64,000 bases of DNA from Deltaproteobacteria bacterium (GTDB lineage Bacteria > Desulfobacterota > Desulfomonilia > UBA1062): the NCBI GenBank assembly GCA_018436855.1, contig JAHDKO010000135.1, positions 22,929 to 86,928 on the forward strand, read 5' to 3'. Positions 1-7,204 of the stretch are shown piece after piece (within the stretch, counting starts at the first letter, position 1; each line of letters starts with the position of its first letter). Both the position numbers and the translations under genes were made by a program. Under the pieces are notes generated by a model. That model had not been told where the DNA came from and did not search any database. It saw only the letters and a program-made list of their open reading frames with translations.

Positions 1-240
1 AGGTTGTGCTGGAGGTCTGAAGCGGCAGGAAAAGGATGGGGCGGCTCCCCGGTGCCCCAAATCACTGTGCCCGGGGCTTGGGCCGCTGAAGCACCGGTTT
101 TTCCCGCCCTTCTTCCCCTGCGGCCGGGATTTTTAAGCGGCTGCATGGTGCCTCCGCTCCGGTATCTCTGCCCATCGTGGATCGACCGACCGGGAGCCTG
201 CCCGTATCCCTCGTTCTGACAGCCCGGTTTCGGGTCAGGC

Positions 241-1329
241 TCAGTCCCCCTGATCGCCCTTGGTCCTGCCCATCTCCTTCCACAGGTCAAGGGAGCAGCG
301 CATGAAGTCGAAGTCGGTGGGCGGCGTGCGGCGGTCTTTCTCGTCCCTGATTTTCAAGGTGAGCGCTCCGCTCTCGCAGGTGGTGGTGCACAGGCCGCAC
401 CCGATGCACCGGTCGCGGTTGATTGTGACGGTCTTGTCCCCGTCGTCTGCGCTCAGGGCCTGCATGGGGCATCTCTTCAAGCACACGCCGCAGTGCCTGC
501 ACGAGCCTTTGTCATAGGTGAGGGCGTAGTTCGAGCTCTTGTAACGGGCCGGGTTGGGCAGGAGCTTCACCTGCCTCAAGATCGTGCAGCAGTCGGGGCA
601 GCAGTTGCAGATGCACTCGGTGTTGCGCTTGTTGCCGCCCGTCTGGTGGACGAGGCCCGCCGCCTCCGCATCATCGAGGATCTCCAGTGCCTCCTCCCGG
701 GTGATCATGCGGCCGAAGCCGATCTCGTCGAGCAGATACTCGGCATAGAAATCAAAGGCCAGGCACATGTCATGGGGTCTGTCGCACTTCATGCCCACAG
801 AGGCTGTCTGGAAATTGCAGGCGCACGGGAACACGCCGATGCGCTCCTTGGACATGATGATCTTCTTCACGTCGTCATAGGGCGCCACGGGGGTTTCGGG
901 CGTGGCCTCCATATGGATGGGCACGGTGCGCAGGGACCTGGTCCTGGGAATGAAGCCGGTCTGGAAGTACTCCTCGAAGAGCGCGGGCAGCTCCGGGTCC
1001 TTGACCTTGCGGAAGACCTGGTGCTCGAAAAAGCCATGCATGAAGGGGGCCGCGGCATAGAACTTTTCACCGTCACGGGTAGCGGGGAAGGTGTGGCCCT
1101 TTTCCGTCATCCGGGCGAGAATCCGGCCGGTCTCGTCCGCGCCTTTGCCCAGTCTTTCCGCGATCACGCTCACCGGCTCGGGTGTCCGGGTGAGGGCGAG
1201 GTATGCAGACGCCTCCTCTTCGGTGAAGAGCCTTTTCAGGATCTTCAGCTCCACGCCCGAGGCCGTTGCGATGAAGCCAACGGAATACTGGTCTATCCGA
1301 TCGCGGAGCCTCTCATATATGTCGCTCAT
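241..1329 (-). CDS. 4Fe-4S dicluster (ferredoxin-type) iron-sulfur protein
   Basis: The track ORF is 241..1446. I chose the internal ATG at 1329 (MSDIYERLRD...) because AGGAGGTC sits 7 nt upstream. The C-terminal half carries two CxxCxxCxxxCP motifs (CRHCGVCLKRCP, CIGCGLCTTTCE) plus extra Cys clusters (CICNCCPDCC). Family assignment beyond Fe-S binding protein is not possible by eye. Confidence 0.7.
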   Translation of the reverse strand: MSDIYERLRDRIDQYSVGFIATASGVELKILKRLFTEEEASAYLALTRTPEPVSVIAERLGKGADETGRILARMTEKGHTFPATRDGEKFYAAAPFMHGFFEHQVFRKVKDPELPALFEEYFQTGFIPRTRSLRTVPIHMEATPETPVAPYDDVKKIIMSKERIGVFPCACNFQTASVGMKCDRPHDMCLAFDFYAEYLLDEIGFGRMITREEALEILDDAEAAGLVHQTGGNKRNTECICNCCPDCCTILRQVKLLPNPARYKSSNYALTYDKGSCRHCGVCLKRCPMQALSADDGDKTVTINRDRCIGCGLCTTTCESGALTLKIRDEKDRRTPPTDFDFMRCSLDLWKEMGRTKGDQGD

Positions 1330-1939
1330 CAAGACCTCCTTCTTCACCACAGCGTATGGATTGCACACAGAGCCGTACGTATTCGTTCGCGCAAAAACCC
1401 CGACAGTCTCACCCGCCCGCCCGTGCAGGCGGCACGACAGCGCCACATGGGCAAGGCGCCGATTCTTTGCTGATTATGCCAATAAAAACCGGTTAAAGTC
1501 AATGCAGAATAGAACGACCGTTCGGTCTAATCCGGCAGGGTCCTCTCCTCCCCGTAAAACGCCTTTTCACCTCTAGCTGGGCATCATCCGGATAAAGACA
1601 TGCCTGGGCCGGAGACCGGCGCTCGACCAGAGAGCCGGAGTGCCCAGGGAAAGGCCTGTTTATAACCTGGCAGGGGTCCCTCTCTCCATTGGAAGAATCT
1701 CAAGGTAGCGTTACAGCATAGTAATATGGCTTGCTTGTATAGATGTTTCCAGGAGACCATCAGTTTTGAGATAAATCGGAAGGAGTATGATTTATTACAG
1801 ATACCTGGAATGTGATGGGATCTTTCATTTCTTATCGTTCTCGTTTATTTGTCCGATTCAAAGGTTAGCATGCGTCTTACTGGGACATTTATAATAAATG
1901 CTCGCTGAAAATAAAAAACGATGAATATTTCTGAACGTT

Positions 1940-2761
1940 TTGGTCACATATTCATCACTATGTACTAGGGGGTACAAATTGAAGCGAAGAGGTAGGTCGA
2001 TTATTGATGAATTGGCTATACTGCCGTGGTGGATCAATGTTATTCTGGCGTTTGTCATTTATTTCCTATTTAACTACTTGTTTCCCAATATTAATTTCCA
2101 AAATCCCTTTTACAAGGGCATCGCAATGGCATTACCCGGCCTCGCCCCTTTTGCCGTGGTGATTCTTCTCTTCATCGCTGCAGTATCAGCATATAACGCT
2201 TTGCGGGAAGGTGATTTGCTTGATCGCCAAATGGGTACCGCAACACTTCGTGAAATTGATTGGAAAGAGTTTGAAGAGTTGGTTGGTGAAGCATTCAGAA
2301 GAAAAGGCTACTCGGTAACCGAGACTGGTGGAGGAGGAGCAGACGGGGGAGTTGATCTTATTATTAGAAAAGGTGGAGAAAGACTCCTGGTACAGTGCAA
2401 GCATTGGAAAATGGATAAGGTCGGAGTCAAAGTGATTCGTGAACTCTATGGCGTAATAGCTGCAGAAGGTGCAACAGGTGGAGTGGTAATCTCATCAGGC
2501 ACATTCACCCAGGAGGCCAAAGACTTCACAAGGGGTAAGCCACTTGAGCTTATCGATGGCTCTTCATTACTGAAGATTATCGCAGAAGTGCAAAAAGCAC
2601 CAATAAATCCCATCAAGAAATCTATTGAAAATACTTGCCCTCTCTGTGGCGCTGAGATGGTGTTAAGGACAGCGAAAAAAGGTCCAAATGCAGGGGCAAA
2701 ATTCTGGGGATGCTCGACTTTCCCGAAATGTAAAGCTACTAAGCCATACACTGCAAAATAA
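1940..2761 (+). CDS. Membrane-anchored Mrr-like (type IV restriction endonuclease catalytic domain) protein with C-terminal topoisomerase-type C4 zinc ribbon
   Basis: Two hydrophobic helices near the N-terminus (ILPWWINVILAFVIYFLF, ALPGLAPFAVVILLFIAAV). Mrr_cat-like core (GGGGADGGVDLII..., LLVQCKHWK..., VIRELYGV..., GGVVISSGTFT...). C-terminus CPLCGAEMV...FWGCSTFPKC resembles the zf-C4 topoisomerase ribbon. The track start is TTG at 1940; the true start is uncertain (alternative TTG at 2012). Sits in a lower-GC region. Confidence 0.65.
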   Translation: MVTYSSLCTRGYKLKRRGRSIIDELAILPWWINVILAFVIYFLFNYLFPNINFQNPFYKGIAMALPGLAPFAVVILLFIAAVSAYNALREGDLLDRQMGTATLREIDWKEFEELVGEAFRRKGYSVTETGGGGADGGVDLIIRKGGERLLVQCKHWKMDKVGVKVIRELYGVIAAEGATGGVVISSGTFTQEAKDFTRGKPLELIDGSSLLKIIAEVQKAPINPIKKSIENTCPLCGAEMVLRTAKKGPNAGAKFWGCSTFPKCKATKPYTAK

Positions 2762-2800
2762 AGTTATCTGTATTAGTTGAAATCGGATATGCTTGTGGGC

Positions 2801-3460
2801 TTACTTAGCCCATAGCCCAGCCCCAGACTCTCTCGCCGATCTCTCGTATTGCCGGAACTGATCCATATACTTGAAAGGGAATCGCGTGTAAGCAAAACCG
2901 TACCCCTGCTTGATGATCTCGGCATTCAAGAACGTGCCGTCGGGAAGATAGACGTAGGCCAGCAGACGTCCGTACCTATCCCGTCTCTGGGTATCGTATT
3001 CCAAGCGCACCATTTCCCCTTCAACCATGTTCCTGGTGAATGCCGATGCCTCCTTACCATAGTGCTCTACAGGCTTGTTCGGGTGTACCGTCTCGGGCGT
3101 ATCAACTCCAACAAGACGGACTTTTTCACAGACACCATCAATGTCGACTACTATTGTATCCCCATCCACAACCCTGCAACAAAGATGATAATTTTTGGAA
3201 TAAATTAAAACTTGGCTTGTGTTTTGAGTATTATTTCCGGAAGCTGGAGGATTGCAGACCTTACATGGCACGTACCCCGCCTGCTGAGCCTCTTCGGGGC
3301 TATTGAATACAGTAAGATTTTCGGGCTTTATGTTCTCAGCACATCGACAGGTTGGATAATGATATTTATTCGATTCTGTAGAACCCCAAAACTCGGCGCT
3401 GATGGCAAAGGAAAGGAACGCCAGGAAAACAGCGGAAGCTGTAACCAGTTTTCTCATCAT
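2801..3460 (-). CDS. Secreted thermonuclease (SNase/micrococcal-nuclease fold) with N-terminal Ada-like Zn-binding domain
   Basis: Starts MMRKLVTASAVFLAFLSFAISA (signal peptide) with GGAGG 8 nt upstream. HYPTCRCAEN...GYVPCKVCNP matches the Ada metal-binding ribbon. The C-terminal part is SNase-like (VVDGDTIVV, VRLVGVDTPE, GRLLAYVYL, YGFAY...FRQYE). Confidence 0.8.
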   Translation of the reverse strand: MMRKLVTASAVFLAFLSFAISAEFWGSTESNKYHYPTCRCAENIKPENLTVFNSPEEAQQAGYVPCKVCNPPASGNNTQNTSQVLIYSKNYHLCCRVVDGDTIVVDIDGVCEKVRLVGVDTPETVHPNKPVEHYGKEASAFTRNMVEGEMVRLEYDTQRRDRYGRLLAYVYLPDGTFLNAEIIKQGYGFAYTRFPFKYMDQFRQYERSARESGAGLWAK

Positions 3461-3818
3461 TGGTCACCTCCTTACTTGGTACCGAGCCCGAAGATAACCA
3501 ATTGAGATTATTATATTAGCATCATAGGCAGGATAGGAGACAAATACAGGTATGGCCTTTCAATAACTGTATAACGCCTCCTTGATCTCTTTCAAGAGTG
3601 ACACTGCCATAGAAAAATGATTGAGATAATCGAAGCATACACTTTCCTGAGGTGTTCACCTCCTTATGAAATGTCAGCCTAAAAGCTGCTTTTTTTTCTC
3701 TTCTCCTGGAGTCGCTCTTTGAGTTTTCCCATCATAATCTTGATGGTATGACATCCTATGGGGGGGCGATTGTGACATAGGACTATCAGATCATTACTAT
3801 ATATGTGGAGGATTTCCG

Positions 3819-4057
3819 TGGCCCAGTGCTTTGCCCTGGTAGACTGCAACAACTTCTATGCATCCTGTGAGCGCATCTTTAATCTCCATCCAGTCCTCCT
3901 TGTTGAGCATCGGCGCCCCCTCCAGAGTTTCTTCTTTCGTCCCTCTGAAGGTACAACCCCTCGCTCAATTTGGGGGACTTGTATTCCGATACTTTTGGGA
4001 CTTTTAGCACCGGCAATGACACAGGATCAACGATCGATGGGGAAGAGGTGCGATTAA
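3819..4057 (+). pseudogene. umuC/rulB-like (Y-family DNA polymerase) N-terminal remnant
   Basis: GGAGG at 3808-3812 then GTG at 3819. The first ~25 aa, VAQCFALVDCNNFYASCERIFNLHP, closely match the conserved UmuC/MucB N-terminus (MFALCDVNAFYASCETVFRPDL). After about residue 30 the similarity is lost and the ORF stops at 79 aa. No umuD is present upstream. Confidence 0.45.
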
Positions 4058-4365
4058 CTTTGCCGCTACCGGATTCAAGCGCCCCTGGTGGATGCGCCAG
4101 GCGAGAAAGTCTTCATTATTTACCACCTCATGGACGGATCTGCCACGAGTGAGGGTGTGATTTCTTGCGGTAGTCTCATATCCTCACGATATAATAAGAG
4201 CAAGGGAACTGCATAAAATGCACTCAATAAATGAAGATGTAAATGCTAAGGCAACAACTTGCTACCATGCCACTGATTTTTTGTTTGCGAACTATCATAT
4301 TTTACCCTTTACAAATAAAGAATGGTGGCATATTATTTATATATAAATTCTGATAGGGGTTGTAT

Positions 4366-4752
4366 ATGAGGCGCAAGACTATGGCAATCCCGGATGCCGA
4401 TGCTCAGAGAAAAGTGTTGTCAAAGGCGGTAGTCAACACCGCTGACAAGCTAGAGTTCACAAAAAGCAAGCTATCCAAGGTGCTTGGGGTAAGCCCAGCG
4501 ACGGTGACTCACCTCTACGCACATTCCTACGAATTGTCACCTCTTCGCAAGGAATGGGATTTCGGCGTCCTTCTTGTAAGGCTTTACAGGTCCCTCGACG
4601 CGCTTGTTGGCGGCTCTCGTGAGGATGCCCTGGCGTGGATGAACAGCAAAAATAAGGGGCTTGCGGGGCAGAAACCCGCAGACCTCATAGAGAAAACGGA
4701 GGGCCTGGTAAGTGTCGTCCATTACTTGGACACCTACAGAGGTATCATCTAG
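4366..4752 (+). CDS. Xre-family antitoxin (HTH + DUF2384/MbcA-ParS-type) of an Xre-RES toxin-antitoxin pair
   Basis: N-terminal HTH-like segment (KLSKVLGVSPATVTHL). C-terminal segment typical of RES-associated antitoxins (REDALAWMNSKNKGLAGQKPADLIEKTEGLVSVVHYLD). AGGGG 6 nt upstream of the ATG at 4366; the track start is 4360 (TTG). A RES-domain ORF lies immediately downstream. Confidence 0.75.
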   Translation: MRRKTMAIPDADAQRKVLSKAVVNTADKLEFTKSKLSKVLGVSPATVTHLYAHSYELSPLRKEWDFGVLLVRLYRSLDALVGGSREDALAWMNSKNKGLAGQKPADLIEKTEGLVSVVHYLDTYRGII

Positions 4753-4783
4753 AGCACGCCAGTTTTCAGGAAGAATCTGGCGC

Positions 4784-5422
4784 ATGGTGGAATCACAGTT
4801 TGCATCGTCCACCCTGCGCCTGGTCGATAACATAAGAGAGCACGAGATCCTCGAAGACATTCTCGAAGCGAGTAAGCCCCCAATACCAGACGAAGCAAAA
4901 GGCCTGCACTACCTTCTTTTCAGTCCCTTCAGATATGCCCATACTGCCATGTTTGGCACACGGTTCAGAGCCAAAGGTGATCCCGGCGTATTTTATGGCG
5001 CGGAGACTCCGCGCACTGCTGCATGCGAGGTGGGGTACTGGCGATGGATGTTCGTACAGGACAGCGAAGGACTGAAACGCCTATCACCGTCCTCGTTCAC
5101 CGCTTTCAGTGTCCCCTTGGATGATCTCTCAGTAGACCTGAGAGAGAAGCCTTTCAATCGGGATGCAGTTCGTTGGCAACATCCAAGTGATTACTCGGCA
5201 ACCCAGGCATTTGCCAAGATAACCCGCCAGACCAAAGTGGGGGTCATCTTTTACAAATCGGTAAGGAGCCAGGTAGATAGCTTCTGCGTAGCCGTTCTGG
5301 ATCCCAAAGCCTTTGCCCAGAAAAGCCCGGATGCCAACACTCAAGCATGGGTGCTCACGATTGCAGACGAGGTTATCTGGAGCCGTAACCAGGGCGAGGA
5401 GTCCTTCTCTTTGACTTTTTGA
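4784..5422 (+). CDS. RES-domain toxin (putative NAD+-targeting toxin of Xre-RES TA pair)
   Basis: RES-like core FGTRFRAKGDPGVFYGAETPRTAACEVGYW (Arg...Glu) with a downstream Ser-containing segment. The track ORF 4712..5422 overlaps the antitoxin by 41 nt. I prefer the ATG at 4784, 32 nt after the antitoxin stop, but the start is uncertain. Confidence 0.7.
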   Translation: MVESQFASSTLRLVDNIREHEILEDILEASKPPIPDEAKGLHYLLFSPFRYAHTAMFGTRFRAKGDPGVFYGAETPRTAACEVGYWRWMFVQDSEGLKRLSPSSFTAFSVPLDDLSVDLREKPFNRDAVRWQHPSDYSATQAFAKITRQTKVGVIFYKSVRSQVDSFCVAVLDPKAFAQKSPDANTQAWVLTIADEVIWSRNQGEESFSLTF

Positions 5423-5437
5423 CCCTTTAATAAAATT

Positions 5438-5956
5438 ATGAGCATAAGAAAATCTATCGTTGATGTATTCCAGGACGAATATCTGCTGGCTAAAATACTT
5501 TCCCTGACAAAGATCAAGGGCATCGAAAGCGATTTGCGGTTCCTCTTAGAACGGTCCTTTTATTCACATGAAGGCAAAATCCCAGAGACAGAGGTCCTCG
5601 GGCGAACTGATTTAATGCTCACTCTAGAACCAGCGCAAATTATTGAGATAAAATGCTATCATGCTGTGATAACAACGAAAGATACACAAGATAGAAGAAG
5701 AAACGATCTCTTGAGCCTTTCAAAGCACACATCAACACCAACTAAAGTATTCCTTTATTTTGGCTTATACGGAAATGCGCAGCCTCCTGTTAAAAAGTCT
5801 CTCGACACCGCCGAAAGGATTGGTGAGATAAAGCAGGAGATAGAAAAGATACTCAATATTGCCAAGGCTGAGGATATCAAAATAATAAGCTGCGAGTATT
5901 ACGACAAAGTATTACCAGATCGCATTCTTTATGCGGCCTGGTTTTATGTGAATTGA
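5438..5956 (+). CDS. Hypothetical protein, possible PD-(D/E)xK-fold nuclease-like
   Basis: 172-aa ORF, low GC, 16 nt after the RES gene and on the same strand. Contains GRTDLMLTLEPAQIIEIK, a D-x12-E-x-K spacing compatible with a PD-(D/E)xK motif. I recognise no named family. Inference only. Confidence 0.45.
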   Translation: MSIRKSIVDVFQDEYLLAKILSLTKIKGIESDLRFLLERSFYSHEGKIPETEVLGRTDLMLTLEPAQIIEIKCYHAVITTKDTQDRRRNDLLSLSKHTSTPTKVFLYFGLYGNAQPPVKKSLDTAERIGEIKQEIEKILNIAKAEDIKIISCEYYDKVLPDRILYAAWFYVN

Positions 5957-6369
5957 GAAATACCTGCTGACTTATAATCTCTGTAATGAAACGTTCTTTT
6001 CAGCCCCATCTCGAAACTGATGATCTGCGGGAGGTATCTGAATCAATGGGCACTCCCCGGAGAATTTCAGATACCGGCACTGTATCTTGAAAATGGCTCG
6101 GTTCGACAGTCTTATCCGCGTGAAGTCATCCTAAGTGGAACAAGGCTGGAGGTTCATTTCGGTATGTGTCGGGTATCATAACGGAAAGAGACAAGCTCGA
6201 ATGACACCCTCTAACTCTCTTTTCCTCATCCACAATAAACCCGATTCGCCTTCTCTTTTCGCGAAGGAGGGATAATGAGATGGCGGATGGCATTGATTAT
6301 CATGGTGACGTCACGATCACGAGGGGCCAGCCGGCAGCATACCGGACAGGTGGATTGATATGTCCAGTT

Positions 6370-6972
6370 TCAACGCATCATCCCAGGCCCCATTGTGCCC
6401 ATCCCCATAACATGCTGAAACATGGTGGCATGCATCCTTGTCTGCAAGAGGATGAAGTCGAGCACATCCTTGCTGTTTTGATCTCCAGCGTTCTTTATGA
6501 GCCATTCGTAACGTGGTATGAGATCTGTTTCCAGATCATAGCCGACCTGATACGCCTCCCCAAGGCTTGAAGTCTGCTTCACCGCCGGCACCGGTGAATC
6601 CGAAGAGATTCCATATGCGGAGAACATCTTCTCTTCCCATGCGATATGATTATTCTCCTGCCAGATGATCATGTGATAGGGCATGTTGACGCCGTACTTG
6701 CTGCTGTCTGTTTCATATTGAGCCCTCGACAGCTTCTCCAGGGCATACACCTGGCGGAAATTCTTCACCCATTCCTCATTCTCCGGTGCCGGGAGCTTAT
6801 CCGGGATGGTCATCTGCCGACCCTGTCCACCCATCATGCCCCCGCACATCGGACAACGACCATTGTACCACTGATCGCCTCTGCCTCCCATCTGGGCAGA
6901 CAGATCCGTGAAGCAGAAAAAGGTCAGGATAAACGAGAAGCCGATAAGCCGCAGTAATGTCGAGCCTCTCAT
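6370..6972 (-). CDS. Secreted ferritin-like (DUF2202-like) protein with Met/Gly-rich termini
   Basis: Internal start MRGSTLLRLIGFSFILTFFCFTDLSAQ (signal peptide) with GGAGG 9 nt upstream. The longer track start at 7134 lacks an RBS. ExxH-type motifs (WQENNHIAW, TRMHATMFQH) suggest a ferritin-like four-helix bundle. Met/Gly-rich repeats MGGRGDQ, GMMGGQG, MGMGTMGPGMMR. Confidence 0.6.
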   Translation of the reverse strand: MRGSTLLRLIGFSFILTFFCFTDLSAQMGGRGDQWYNGRCPMCGGMMGGQGRQMTIPDKLPAPENEEWVKNFRQVYALEKLSRAQYETDSSKYGVNMPYHMIIWQENNHIAWEEKMFSAYGISSDSPVPAVKQTSSLGEAYQVGYDLETDLIPRYEWLIKNAGDQNSKDVLDFILLQTRMHATMFQHVMGMGTMGPGMMR

Positions 6973-7204
6973 TGGATTACCTCCTTTTTTTAAGAAAGTG
7001 TAATGGTCGCACACGATCAGACCATATACAAAAATAGTACGCTTACGGGGAATCATAGCAAGGCGGTAAAATAAGGGTATACAGCGTGAGGAACTATGTC
7101 GTGGAAGATTGCTTCGGCCTTGTTTTGGTATCATCCGCAGACGATAACTTTTGGAGCCGGGAAAAATCCGCCTTCATTGCAGGGATTGCCGCGCTGGATA
7201 GAGC

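Noticed and set aside
493-1576. Plus-strand ORFs 493..1473 (326 aa) and 1091..1576 antisense to the Fe-S protein gene
   Set aside because: Antisense artefacts. The minus-strand frame contains canonical 4Fe-4S Cys motifs and an RBS.
3528-3700. Micro-ORFs (18 aa on plus at 3664-3720; 38 aa on minus from 3644) and a weak hairpin+T8 (3672-3700) in the AT-rich spacer
   Set aside because: RBS spacing is poor (19 nt) or absent. The hairpin stem is only 4 bp. This is insufficient to call a gene or a terminator.
6275-6570. Plus-strand small ORF(s) with strong RBS (GAAGGAGGG, ATG at 6275/6280) overlapping the 3' end of the ferritin-like gene
   Set aside because: The 6275 frame stops after 27 aa. The 6280 frame (96 aa) is antisense to a well-supported secreted-protein gene and has no recognisable features. 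I kept it only as a remote small-protein candidate.
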